A stretch of DNA of 64,000 bases from Candidatus Peregrinibacteria bacterium (lineage in GTDB: Bacteria; Patescibacteriota; Gracilibacteria; Peribacterales; Peribacteraceae), in contig JACPMB010000015.1 in NCBI GenBank assembly GCA_016186175.1, forward strand, positions 1,116 through 65,115, written 5' to 3'. Below the pieces are notes generated by a model. The model worked only from the letters and a program-made list of their open reading frames with translations. It was not told where the DNA came from and searched no databases. Position 1 is the first letter of the stretch. Every line of letters begins with the position of its first letter. Below are positions 17,497 through 27,166 of the stretch, in pieces. The position numbers were made by a program, and so were the translations under genes.

Positions 17497-18621
17497 ATGA
17501 AAGTCGCTCTTGTTCACGAACTGCTTACGTTGCGCGGAGGCGCCGAGCGCGTGTTGCGCATATTCGCAGACATGTTCCCGGATGCCCCAATCTATACACT
17601 TTTATATGACGAGAAGAAGTTCGGGGGATGGTTTCCAAAAACTCGCGTGCGAACGAGCCGCCTGCAGAAAAAAGCCGAATTCCTGAATCGTTTTCCATTC
17701 TCTGTTTTTCATTCTTCATTCGATCATCATCTTTTTCTTTCGCGCTTCCCCTCTGCAGTGGAGGAATGGGATTTTTCCGGGTTCGATTTCGTGCTTAGCA
17801 GTTCTTCCGCGTTCGCACACGGCATCATCACGAATTCGGCTCCCCGGCACCTTTGTTATGTAAACTCCCCGGCGCGCTATCTTTGGGACCGCACTCACGA
17901 CGTGCTCGGGCGGGCGGGAAAAGGATTACTTGGACCTCTCAGGCACGCTTATCTGTCCGGACTTTTTCACAAGCTAAGAATATGGGACAGCGAGGCCGCC
18001 GACAGACCCGATGCGCTCATCGCCGCGTCAAAGGAAGTGCGGCGACGCATCGAGCTGTACTGGCGGCGTGATTCCGAGGTGATCCATCCGCCTATTGATG
18101 ATTTTTGGTTTGAGTCGAAACCAATACTAACACGGAATTATTACCTGATAGTGTCCCAGCTCGCGCCATACAAGCGCCTCGATCTTGCCATCCGCGCCTG
18201 CAATGAACGCAATGCCAGACTCGTAATAGCCGGAGAGGGCTCAGATCGGAGTTCGCTGGAAGCCATAGCCGGTCCCACGGTGACATTCGCCGGCTACCGC
18301 ACGGATGAGGAATTGCGCGATCTTTATTCCGGCGCGCGCGCGACCATTTTCCCCGGCAGGGAGGACTTCGGCCTCGTGCCGCTCGAATCGCTGGCCTGCG
18401 GGACGCCGGTGATAGCGTATCGCGCTGGAGGCGCGACCGAAACGCTGACTGACGGAGTCGCAGAATTTTTCGATGATCAGGATGAAGCGGGCATAGTCGT
18501 GGCCATGGACAAAGCGGAACGCAGGGAATGGAACGGCGAGGAATGCAGATCGCGCGCGCGGGAATTTTCCAGCAGGAACTTCGCCGACAAAATTCGCGAC
18601 GCCGTTGCGCGGCTCGTGTAG
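17497..18621 (+). CDS. GT-B glycosyltransferase (family 4 / Glycos_transf_1 type)
   Basis: ..ATIFPGREDFGLVPLESLACGTPVIAYRAGGATETL.. is the E-x7-E region. Confidence 0.8.
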   Translation: MKVALVHELLTLRGGAERVLRIFADMFPDAPIYTLLYDEKKFGGWFPKTRVRTSRLQKKAEFLNRFPFSVFHSSFDHHLFLSRFPSAVEEWDFSGFDFVLSSSSAFAHGIITNSAPRHLCYVNSPARYLWDRTHDVLGRAGKGLLGPLRHAYLSGLFHKLRIWDSEAADRPDALIAASKEVRRRIELYWRRDSEVIHPPIDDFWFESKPILTRNYYLIVSQLAPYKRLDLAIRACNERNARLVIAGEGSDRSSLEAIAGPTVTFAGYRTDEELRDLYSGARATIFPGREDFGLVPLESLACGTPVIAYRAGGATETLTDGVAEFFDDQDEAGIVVAMDKAERREWNGEECRSRAREFSSRNFADKIRDAVARLV

Positions 18622-18947
18622 CGGATTTTCTGAAAAATGACGCGGGCTGTCGCAACTATTTGCCATGTGCATCGCAATGCTCTAGATTGCGTTCATGAGA
18701 ATCATCACCATAATCGCAACTTGCGCGCTGGCGATCGCCGGCACTGTGTCTGCGGCTTCGGCCTGCGGATTTGCTGAGCGGGAAAACTCCGCCGAAAATG
18801 CCGCCCTTACGCGTGTGAGCGCAACGCCGCGTGTATCCATGCGCACCCTAAGATTGCAGGTGCGCTCGACGTGGAAGAGATGAATCGTTGCGGTAAACGG
18901 CGTCGGAAATGCTTTCCGGTCAAGTGACTGACGGCTATCATGCCTGA

Positions 18948-19592
18948 GTGAAGAACCCGCTGATGCTGTTACTGGTTTTCGTGCTTCTGCTATGCCCGCT
19001 TGGCGCCGCCGGCAGAACGTGGGGCAACGACGCCGTGCGCCCAAGCCGGCGCAGCATCCGGGCGGCGGCGCGCCAGCCAGTTGTGCGAAACCCCACAATG
19101 ATCTCTGTCCGCGATATCCGGCTTGACCGGACATTTTCAAGCGCAGAATTCGGCGCAAAGATGCAGTACCCCTCGTCGTGGGAACGCCTCGATTTGTTTC
19201 AGAGAACATTTCCGCTGACGCTCGTCACGATGTTTCTTTCGCAGGAACAGCAGCCGACAGGCATACGCCAGAACATAAATCTGGTCGTGGAAGACCTTCC
19301 GTCGGAAATGACGCTCGCAGAATACACCGATCTTGGAATACGCATGGAACGGGATTACTTCGAGCGATACGCCTTGCTCTTGTCCGAGGACATTTTGCTT
19401 GCGGGTGCATACCGCGCTCACCGCGTGCTTTTTACGGCGTCCCTGGACGGCGGAAACATGACATTTCAGCAAATATGGATGATCAGCGGAAGGCGGGCAT
19501 ACGTATGGACATTCGCGGACAGCGCCGAAGCGTTCGACGATCATGTCATGACATTTGAAAGGATGGTAGACACGATCACCGTGCAGCGATGA
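18948..19592 (+). CDS. Hypothetical secreted protein
   Basis: Signal peptide MKNPLMLLLVFVLLLCPLGAAG. The body vaguely resembles the PsbP/DcrB-like fold (not verified). Confidence 0.55.
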   Translation: MKNPLMLLLVFVLLLCPLGAAGRTWGNDAVRPSRRSIRAAARQPVVRNPTMISVRDIRLDRTFSSAEFGAKMQYPSSWERLDLFQRTFPLTLVTMFLSQEQQPTGIRQNINLVVEDLPSEMTLAEYTDLGIRMERDYFERYALLLSEDILLAGAYRAHRVLFTASLDGGNMTFQQIWMISGRRAYVWTFADSAEAFDDHVMTFERMVDTITVQR

Positions 19593-20651
19593 TCAGAACA
19601 GAGCGACCTGCGCTCTTTCCGGAACCGCCAGCCCAAGAGCTTCATAAGTCTTTTTTGTGGCCATCCTTCCCTTCGGCGTGCGCTGGATCAAGCCCTGCTG
19701 CAACAGATAAGGTTCGTAAACGTCCTCGACCGTGTCTTCTTCTTCGGCCAGTACTGCTGCGATTGTTCCAAGCCCGACCGGCCCGCCCTGGAACATCGTG
19801 ACTATCGTATCCAATATGGAACGGTCCGTGGCGTCGAGCCCCATTTCATCTATATCGAGTTCGCGCAGGGTCGTCTCGACGCATGCGCTATCAATCGTCC
19901 CGTTTCCCTGGACATGCGCAAAATCCCGCACGGCGCGCAGCAGCCTGTTGGCGATGCGAGGAGTGGCGCGACTGCTCCTTGCAATGCGGATGGCGGCGGC
20001 GTCCTGCACTGGGATGCGGAGCAGATGCGCTGATCGCTCGACAATCTGCTGCATTTCCGGCAATTCATAGAATGTGAGCTTGAAATGATGGATGAAGCGG
20101 TCGCGAAGCGGAGCGCTCATAGCTCCGGCTTTGGTCGTCGCGCCAAGCAGGGTAAACGGCTTTAGAGTCAGGCGCATCGAGCGCGCGGTTGGCCCCTTAC
20201 CGATGACCAGATCGAGCGCGCAATCTTCCATGGCCGCGTACAACATTTCCTCGACCACGGGACGCAAACGGTGTATTTCGTCTATAAATAGCGCGTCTCC
20301 ATGCTGCAGATTGCTCAAAATCGAGGCAAGATCGCCGGGTTTTTCCAGCGCAGGCCCCGATGTGATGCGGATCTGCGCGTGCATTTCACGCGCGAGTATG
20401 TGAGCAAGCGTCGTTTTGCCAAGCCCGGGAGGACCGTGGAGCAGCGTATGCCCCAGAGGCTCCTTTCTTTCCATCGCGGCGCGGATGTGCATCAGCAAAT
20501 GTCCTTTTATCTTCCTCTGACCGACATACTCGTCCAGAGCCTGAGGCCTGAGCGTCACTTCAAACGCCGGCCGCTCCGACGATATATCGGAGGCGCTTGC
20601 GACTGACGCGACGTGATTACCGGAACGCTTGAGAGCCATCGTTTGCATCAT
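19593..20651 (-). CDS. ruvB: Holliday junction branch-migration helicase RuvB
   Basis: ..LRPQALDEYVGQ.., Walker A ..LHGPPGLGKTTLAHILA.., Walker B ..DALFIDEIHRL... Start set at MMQTMAL (20651). The ORF track start at 20723 would overlap the divergent neighbour. Confidence 0.85.
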   Translation of the reverse strand: MMQTMALKRSGNHVASVASASDISSERPAFEVTLRPQALDEYVGQRKIKGHLLMHIRAAMERKEPLGHTLLHGPPGLGKTTLAHILAREMHAQIRITSGPALEKPGDLASILSNLQHGDALFIDEIHRLRPVVEEMLYAAMEDCALDLVIGKGPTARSMRLTLKPFTLLGATTKAGAMSAPLRDRFIHHFKLTFYELPEMQQIVERSAHLLRIPVQDAAAIRIARSSRATPRIANRLLRAVRDFAHVQGNGTIDSACVETTLRELDIDEMGLDATDRSILDTIVTMFQGGPVGLGTIAAVLAEEEDTVEDVYEPYLLQQGLIQRTPKGRMATKKTYEALGLAVPERAQVALF

Positions 20652-20708
20652 ACCACTTTCTTTTGATTGGTAACTTGGGTGTTTTATTGATCCTCTATAC
20701 TGCTCCCG

Positions 20709-21266
20709 ATGACGATTGCGCACAAAATTCTCTCCGCTTTGGGATTCATCCTGATCCTGCTGGCGCTGGGAACTGCCGATTATTTAATCACGCGCGACTC
20801 CATTAAATTTCTTCCGGCGCAGGAGGGAACTGCAAAACATATCGGACCGGACGTCGTCGCTGTTGCGGCGGCCCATGGATTTGCGGTCACGGACACTACG
20901 GAACGGAACATTCTCCCGGCAGTGCTTCCGGTTGCGTCGCGCGGGACGTTTTTTCCCCGGGTGCTGCTCAAAGATAACGACCGTGCCGCGACCATCGGCT
21001 GGATAGATTCGTCCGATGTGAAGATGATATTTACGATGCTCCGCAAACACCTGCGCCAGTCGTTTTCGCCGTCGCTCGCAGATTTGATTGATGAAACGCA
21101 GTCGCAGGCCGGCAAGCCGCCGCGCGATGTGCTCTCGTTTCGAGATTCAGGAATAATGGAAGAACGGGCGGTTTTCGTCCGGATAAAGGAGAGGATTTAC
21201 GAATTGCATGTAAAAGAAGGGTTCGAGCGAGACATGAATCGCCTGATTGATGCGCTGACGGAATAA
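20709..21266 (+). CDS. Hypothetical N-terminally anchored protein
   Basis: 185 aa with one N-terminal helix (ILSALGFILILLALGTA). Confidence 0.5.
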   Translation: MTIAHKILSALGFILILLALGTADYLITRDSIKFLPAQEGTAKHIGPDVVAVAAAHGFAVTDTTERNILPAVLPVASRGTFFPRVLLKDNDRAATIGWIDSSDVKMIFTMLRKHLRQSFSPSLADLIDETQSQAGKPPRDVLSFRDSGIMEERAVFVRIKERIYELHVKEGFERDMNRLIDALTE

Positions 21267-21385
21267 ACAAAAAGCTGAGTTCGAATGTCCTGTTCACGGA
21301 ACGGAACGCAATTTGCTCTCTCACGAGGAACTTGCAACCCATATAAGGATAATGTATATTGTGCAACTAAATTTACTTTATCGCA

Positions 21386-22036
21386 ATGTTAACTGTTGAG
21401 CAGAAATTCGACCGGAAAATAACCACTCCGTTTTACGGAGAGAGGATCGTAATTAAGGATAGTTCTTTTGCCAAACTACGATCAAAGATTGACGCCTGTG
21501 CCAATCGTTCAGATGATTCAGAAAAATTCAGAACGGCTATATTCACGCGACTGTTTCTCATTCTGCACTATGCAGAGGCGTCTTCCGCAATCACGTCAAT
21601 CATTTCTACCCAAAAGCATATCAGAGACCTTGCCAGTCGGTCTTTAGATTTTCTCGAATACTTCTATACCTTAGATTGCAGGCGTTCCATCACGGGCATG
21701 CAGAGCAGCAGGGGCATGCCGTCGGAACAGAACATCAAGGACCTGCGGCAGTGGTGCACGATAGACGGCAAATGCGACATGGAACTCCTGCGTTCCATCA
21801 CGGGCATGCAGCACAGCAGGGGCATGCCGTCGGAACAGAACATCAAGGACCTGCGGCAGTGGTGCACGATAGACGGGAAGTGCGACATGGAACTCCTGCG
21901 TTCCATCACGGGCATGCAGAACGGCAGGGGGGAACTCCTGCGTTCCATCACGGGCATGCAGAACGGCAGGGGCATGCCGTCGGATGAAATGGTGCAAATG
22001 TGTATTCAGAACCGCACTTCCAGTCTGTCTGAATAA
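21386..22036 (+). CDS. Hypothetical protein with 36-aa tandem repeats
   Basis: Repeat unit RSITGMQxxRGMPSEQNIKDLRQWCTIDGKCDMELL x2, then two shortened units. The 5' end and upstream region are AT-rich. Confidence 0.55.
   Translation: MLTVEQKFDRKITTPFYGERIVIKDSSFAKLRSKIDACANRSDDSEKFRTAIFTRLFLILHYAEASSAITSIISTQKHIRDLASRSLDFLEYFYTLDCRRSITGMQSSRGMPSEQNIKDLRQWCTIDGKCDMELLRSITGMQHSRGMPSEQNIKDLRQWCTIDGKCDMELLRSITGMQNGRGELLRSITGMQNGRGMPSDEMVQMCIQNRTSSLSE
21682..21985 (+). repeat. Coding tandem repeat: 108-nt unit x2, then a 42-nt and a ~46-nt partial unit
   Basis: Units start at 21682, 21790, 21898 and 21940, each opening with gcgttccatcacgggcatgcag. All six frames are open here because of the repeat. 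Confidence 0.9.
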
Positions 22037-22131
22037 GTTGCCGCGTGGGAACGCCTGCACGCCGCATCCGAAAGAAGAAGATATACATCGGCATTGACCC
22101 TATCATTATCTAAACCTACACTCCTCCGGCT

Positions 22132-22557
22132 ATGGCCAAGGCAGTCAAAAAAGTCATCAAAGTTCAGGTGCGCGGAGGACAGGCGAATCCCGCGCCTCCG
22201 CTCGGACCGGCGCTCGGCCAGGCCGGCGTGGATATAAACGGCTTCTGCACCAAGTTCAACGAGCAGACCAAAAAAGACAAAATGGGCCAGCTCCTGCCTG
22301 TCGAGATCACCGTCTACGAGGATCGCTCGTTTGCTTTCAAAGTAAAACAGCCGGCGGCGTCAACTCTCATCAAGCAGGAAGCGAAGATAGAATCCGGAAG
22401 CGGCGAGCCCAATAAAAACAAGGTCGGCAGGATCAGCAAGTCTCAGTTGCGCAAGATCGCGGAGACAAAGATGCCAGATTTGAATTGCGCCGATCTCGAA
22501 GCGGCGGAAGCCATTATCGCCGGAACGGCCAGGAGCATGGGGGTGACGGTTGAGTGA
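22132..22557 (+). CDS. rplK: 50S ribosomal protein L11
   Basis: [43 protein letters not shown].. is canonical bacterial L11. Confidence 0.95.
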   Translation: MAKAVKKVIKVQVRGGQANPAPPLGPALGQAGVDINGFCTKFNEQTKKDKMGQLLPVEITVYEDRSFAFKVKQPAASTLIKQEAKIESGSGEPNKNKVGRISKSQLRKIAETKMPDLNCADLEAAEAIIAGTARSMGVTVE

Positions 22558-22656
22558 GCAAGACGAAGACGGTTTCCATAACACTCTGGCGACTGCGCAA
22601 TTCCATTCATTCGCGCCGCAGGGTAGCATCTCCGCCGCTCGTTTCCCTTGCCATCC

Positions 22657-23262
22657 ATGGTTCCGACCACCGTGAGCATCTCGACGCTCTTGACTGTCAT
22701 TGCGTTTCTTCTGGGAGTGATGATTGCGTTCTCCGTCGCTCTGATACCGTGCATTCTTTCTCCGGCAGCGCGGACCAGCTCCGCAATCAAGGCTCTGTAC
22801 TGCTACGTCCTTCAGATAATAGGAATCGCGATGATGACGGTCGGAGCGCTGCCGGCGGTCTTAGGCGTGCTTGAGAGGTTTTCCACCGGTAACGAGATAT
22901 TCAGCGCGGAGATGTACCTGATTTTACTTATCTTATTCAGCATCGGCGGCGTCGTCTTTCTCTGGCACGAGCGGATGGCCGAGCGCGTGGATGACGCTTC
23001 CAGGCGCGTGCCGGCTCTTATTTTCTGGTACACGTTCAAGACCATCGGCAGCCTGCTTATTCTCGTCGGTTTTCTGTCTCTCATAATCACCATACTCATG
23101 ACGAAACCGCTGACAGGCGCGTGGTGGATCGTCCCGGTCGTCACAATGCTCTATGGACTTCTGCTCTCATGGTGCACCAGAACTCCCGCGTCTTCCAAGG
23201 CATTCAGGCTTATTCCTCTGCACGAGATGAAGGTCGCATCTGCGGCGAAAAAGAAAAGGTAA
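22657..23262 (+). CDS. Hypothetical polytopic membrane protein inserted between rplK and rplA
   Basis: ~200 aa with 5-6 hydrophobic helices. ATG at 22657 (the ORF track TTG is at 22648). Confidence 0.55.
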   Translation: MVPTTVSISTLLTVIAFLLGVMIAFSVALIPCILSPAARTSSAIKALYCYVLQIIGIAMMTVGALPAVLGVLERFSTGNEIFSAEMYLILLILFSIGGVVFLWHERMAERVDDASRRVPALIFWYTFKTIGSLLILVGFLSLIITILMTKPLTGAWWIVPVVTMLYGLLLSWCTRTPASSKAFRLIPLHEMKVASAAKKKR

Positions 23263-23361
23263 TGCATGGCGCGGGGGCATTGCGCCTCCGAAAATGTGCT
23301 GTAGACTCCATCAGCTCGCGATGGCCATTTTGAGCGCCATCGTCCCAGTTTCACAGTCTTT

Positions 23362-24063
23362 ATGATTTCAAAAAGAAGCCCTTTGGCCAGAAGTAAAGGC
23401 AGGAAATACGCGGAGCGCAAAGCGCTCGTAGCCAAGCCACTGTATTCCGTCGCGGAAGCAGTGGAACTTCTGCCTAAGCTTTCCACGACATCATTCGACG
23501 GTTCGGCGGAGGCGCACATCCGCATCAATGCCGATACCACGCAAGCCGACCAACTGGTGCGCACAATCGTCCCTCTGCCACATGGAACCGGCAGGGATAT
23601 CCGCATAGCTGCATTCGTTCCGGACGACATGATCGCCGACGCCAGGCAGGCCGGCGCAGCGCTGGCCGGGAACGAAGACCTGATAAAAGAGATTTCCGAT
23701 GGCAAGATATCCTTCGACATTGCTGTCGCGTCCCCGAAAATGATGAAAGATCTCGGCAAAGTCGCGAAGACTCTGGGGCAGAAAGGCCTGATGCCGTCAC
23801 CGAAATCAGGAACAGTCACCGAGAACGTCGCGAAAGTGATAGGAGAACTGAAGAAGGGACGCATAGAAGTGAAGATGGACAAGCAGGGCATAATCCACAC
23901 AGTGTTCGGAAAAATCTCATTCGGGCCAAAGAAGCTGCAGGAAAATCTGGAAACCTTAATCGCAGCGGTGAAGGAAGCTCAGCCTACCGGCATTAAAGGA
24001 GAATATATTCGTTCTGTATCCGTGAGTCCCACTATGGGGCCGGGGGTAAAGGTGCAGATTTGA
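23362..24063 (+). CDS. rplA: 50S ribosomal protein L1
   Basis: ..VPLPHGTGRDIRIAAF.., ..FDIAVASPKMMKDLGKVAKTLGQKGLMPSPKSGTVT.. is canonical L1. Confidence 0.95.
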   Translation: MISKRSPLARSKGRKYAERKALVAKPLYSVAEAVELLPKLSTTSFDGSAEAHIRINADTTQADQLVRTIVPLPHGTGRDIRIAAFVPDDMIADARQAGAALAGNEDLIKEISDGKISFDIAVASPKMMKDLGKVAKTLGQKGLMPSPKSGTVTENVAKVIGELKKGRIEVKMDKQGIIHTVFGKISFGPKKLQENLETLIAAVKEAQPTGIKGEYIRSVSVSPTMGPGVKVQI

Positions 24064-24071
24064 TTCCTTAA

Positions 24072-24239
24072 GGAACCTCTGAAAAATGCCTCCTGCTTCG
24101 TCAGCTGCGCCAAAATTTCGCTCAACGTATGCCGATACGCCTCGCGAAATTTTGGCTTGCTTCCTCGCATGAGGCGATTTTTGAGAGGTTCTTTCCCATC
24201 GTGATGTTTTGGTGATGCGTATCATTTTGCAGAGGTTCC
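24072..24239 (-). repeat. 168-bp MITE-like palindromic element, copy B (inverted relative to copy A)
   Basis: 3 mismatches to 1361..1528. It fills the gap between the convergent rplA and dus stops. Confidence 0.85.
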
Positions 24240-24255
24240 TTAGTGAATTATCAAA

Positions 24256-25224
24256 TTAACAACAGAGAATTGTTCTCACTTCGTCCAATCGTTCGACCCG
24301 CACCAGCCTTTCCCTCATCTCCCGCGCTCCATCGAATCCTTTGACGTAACTGCTTAGATGCCGCCGCATTTCGAGCATGCCTTTACGCTCGCCTTTGAAT
24401 TTCACGGCCAGTTCGCAATGATCGAGAATCCACGGAATTTTTTCCTCGAAGGCAACCGGACGCAGAATTGTCTCAGAATATTTTTCATTCGATGCACGCA
24501 GCGCATCGTATATTTCGCGCATCAGCCACGGATTCCCGAACGTTCCTCTTCCAACCATCACCCCGTCCAAATTCCGAAGACGAGCAGACGCATCTGCAGC
24601 AGTTTTGATGTCTCCGTTTCCGATTACCGGCACCGAGATGTTCCTTTTGAGCTCATAGACGGGGCCCCAATCTGCCTTGCCTGCGAATTTGTCACAAAAA
24701 CGCCGTCCATGCACGGCGAGCAGCTGCGCGCCTGCATCAACCAGACGCTTGCAGAACGGAATGAGTGTTTCTTTCTTTTCCCATCCGAGACGGGTTTTGA
24801 CGCTTACTGGTATTTTAACCGCCTTGGCCGCAGCCTCCACGAGACGCGCTGCAAGATCAGGATCGCGCATCAGAGCCGACCCATGACACGACGACACCAC
24901 TCTGGCAGCGGGGCAGCCCATATTAATGTCTATTCCGTCGGCTCCGAGTTCCTCTATCACACGCGCGGCGCGCAGAAAATTCTCCGGATCACGCCCAAAG
25001 AGCTGAACTATAAACGGCCGCTCGATAGCCGGATCAAAATGCAGCATATTAAGCGTTTTTTCGGCGCCGTGGCATATGGCGTCCGTACTAAGGAATTCCG
25101 TATATACGACCACATCGGGCGCGATGCGCTTTATCAGATGCCTGTAAGACGCATCGGTCACCCCGGCCATCGGGGCCAAAGCTACAATCGGACTGGCAGC
25201 AGCTGCCCACGAAAACGACATCAT
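24256..25224 (-). CDS. dus: tRNA-dihydrouridine synthase
   Basis: ..ALAPMAGVTDASYRHL.., ..GIDINMGCPA.., ..VSVKTRLGW.. are Dus family motifs. Confidence 0.9.
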   Translation of the reverse strand: MMSFSWAAAASPIVALAPMAGVTDASYRHLIKRIAPDVVVYTEFLSTDAICHGAEKTLNMLHFDPAIERPFIVQLFGRDPENFLRAARVIEELGADGIDINMGCPAARVVSSCHGSALMRDPDLAARLVEAAAKAVKIPVSVKTRLGWEKKETLIPFCKRLVDAGAQLLAVHGRRFCDKFAGKADWGPVYELKRNISVPVIGNGDIKTAADASARLRNLDGVMVGRGTFGNPWLMREIYDALRASNEKYSETILRPVAFEEKIPWILDHCELAVKFKGERKGMLEMRRHLSSYVKGFDGAREMRERLVRVERLDEVRTILCC

Positions 25225-25304
25225 TGCTACATTGCTTCATTGTCACATCATTGACAAGCGACCGTAGTCGCGAATTCAAGTAGAATTAGCAAAACATTGC
25301 GACA

Positions 25305-25733
25305 ATGGCACAATTCCAACCTTTACGGCGCATCATGCATAATGCGCATTCACCGATGCTCCCCGCACTGGCGATATTCGGCCTTCTCCTGTTTGGCATC
25401 CGCGCCGCACAGACATTCGCCCAGGGGCCCATGCTGATCCCGGAAGGAGGAACGATCGGCGGATGCAGCTTCATAACCGGAGACTTCGGCTTCGATTGCA
25501 TTCCGCTCTACCTCTCGTATCTCATTCGCCTTGCATTCGGTCTCGCCGGAGGTTTCGCGCTCTTCGGCGTCATTCAGGGAGGGTACGAGTACGGGCTGTC
25601 CGGGTTGCCTGCTGGAATTATTGACAAGGAGGCGGCAAAAAAACGCATCACCAACTCAATCGTCGGCATGGTGGTGGTAATCCTCGCATTCCTCATTATT
25701 GACACCATAATTTCCGCCATGTTCGCCGTATGA
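25305..25733 (+). CDS. CPR-type T4SS pilin-like small membrane protein
   Basis: ..LAGGFALFGVIQGGYEYGLSGLPAGIIDKEAAKKRITNSIVGMVVVILAFLI... The start may be ATG 25335. The stop overlaps the next start (ATGA). Confidence 0.6.
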   Translation: MAQFQPLRRIMHNAHSPMLPALAIFGLLLFGIRAAQTFAQGPMLIPEGGTIGGCSFITGDFGFDCIPLYLSYLIRLAFGLAGGFALFGVIQGGYEYGLSGLPAGIIDKEAAKKRITNSIVGMVVVILAFLIIDTIISAMFAV

Positions 25734-26992
25734 TCAACAGGAAGCACAATAACGGCACGTCCTTCACATCGCTGAGGATCATAGGCGAAAAAGCCCAGAA
25801 ATTATTTGCGAAAGCGCGTGAAATTCAGCAGCGTCAGTTCAATGGCAAAGAGACACCGCGTGCAGTGCGGGAGGAGCAGCTGCCGGAAATCATGATGCAC
25901 CTCTCGATTGGCAGCATCGTGCGCTCGGCTTTCGCCGTGCTCGCAATCGCCGTTGGCGCGACGCTCGTTTGGCTCCTGCAAGACAAGATCGTCTTGCTTC
26001 TGCTGTCTATTTTTGTCGCGATGATCATTGACCCGGGCGTGAAGTTTTTGCGGCGGCTTGGCGTTCCGAGAGGACTTGGCATTCTGCTGCAATATTTCGT
26101 TGCTCTTTTTCTCTTAGTTTTCCTGCTGGTCTCACTGGTGCCGCTCATCGCGTCGCAACTCGTTGATCTGGCCAGTCTGCTCCAGAGCGAGGTCAACATG
26201 TTCTTGCGCGATCCGCAGATTTCCATGCCTTTCCTCACGGAAGCCGCGAACAAAAATCTCACTGCACTGGTGGAATCCACGCTGAGCAATCTTTCCATCA
26301 ATCAGTTTGCCGACGCAATGCAGCAATTCGGCAGCCTTGCTTCGACCGCACAAAATTCGCTTGTGCTCGCCGCGCAGCTGGCCGGTTCCGTCGTGAACTT
26401 TTTTGCCAATCTCATCGTTATCCTGGTCATGGCGTTTTTCATACAAATCGAGAAGGAGAAAATAGTCGCGTGGGTGAAGGGCTTTCTTCCGCTGGGCATG
26501 CGGCCTTACCTGGAAGACAAATCCGAAGCGATCCAGACCAAGATGGCGCAGTGGGCGCGCGGACAGCTGGTGCTTTGCCTGTCAATCGGATTTATGGTGT
26601 TTCTGGCCCTGACAATCCTGCGAATGCCGTACGCTCTGACGCTCGGCATCCTGGCCGGTTTCACCGAATTCATCCCCGTCATCGGGCCACTGCTGGCGGC
26701 CGTCCCCTCCGTTCTGATCGCCGGCACGCAACAGGGATTCTTTCAGGCGCTGATCGTGGCGGCCATCTATTACGCCATTCAGTGGTGCGAGAACAATCTC
26801 CTTGTGCCTCTGATCATGAAACGGGCCGTGGGCCTTTCGCCGCTGGCAATCATGTTCGCGATGCTTGTGGGCGTCAGCTTCCCCTCGATTATCCATCCCG
26901 TTCTTGGCGTGATCTTGAGCATTCCGACAACCACGATATTAGCGCTGTTCCTGGAAGATTGGCGCAGGCATCATCCAAAAAGAGAAAAATGA
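25730..26992 (+). CDS. AI-2E family transporter (PerM/UPF0118)
   Basis: Multi-pass membrane protein with ..GILAGFTEFIPVIGPLLAAVPSVLIA.., typical of the family. Confidence 0.8.
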   Translation: MINRKHNNGTSFTSLRIIGEKAQKLFAKAREIQQRQFNGKETPRAVREEQLPEIMMHLSIGSIVRSAFAVLAIAVGATLVWLLQDKIVLLLLSIFVAMIIDPGVKFLRRLGVPRGLGILLQYFVALFLLVFLLVSLVPLIASQLVDLASLLQSEVNMFLRDPQISMPFLTEAANKNLTALVESTLSNLSINQFADAMQQFGSLASTAQNSLVLAAQLAGSVVNFFANLIVILVMAFFIQIEKEKIVAWVKGFLPLGMRPYLEDKSEAIQTKMAQWARGQLVLCLSIGFMVFLALTILRMPYALTLGILAGFTEFIPVIGPLLAAVPSVLIAGTQQGFFQALIVAAIYYAIQWCENNLLVPLIMKRAVGLSPLAIMFAMLVGVSFPSIIHPVLGVILSIPTTTILALFLEDWRRHHPKREK

Positions 26993-27117
26993 CGCATAAG
27001 AAATTCCCGGGTATTCCGCTGTGTTTATTTAAATTCACACTCTCCCACTCCGACACATTTTCAATATGCAAAACAATGCTTTTGTTCCGCATTTGCGGTA
27101 GACTTGCGCGAAGAGCC

Positions 27118-27146
27118 TGGACAATTGGCACTCCAGGCCTTAGACT
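27118..27146 (+). promoter_or_regulatory. Candidate sigma70-type promoter for the clpC-like gene
   Basis: TGGACA (27118-27123), 17-nt spacer, TAGACT (27141-27146), ~20 nt upstream of ATG 27167. Pattern match only. Confidence 0.3.
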
Positions 27147-27166
27147 GCCAATCCCTTTCCTGATTT

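Noticed and set aside
18695-18883. 62-aa ORF with a signal-peptide-like start (MRIITIIATCALAIAGTVSAASA)
   Set aside because: It is short, has no recognisable ribosome-binding site or homologous pattern, and its second half is Arg-rich. The evidence is insufficient to call a gene, though a small secreted peptide cannot be excluded.
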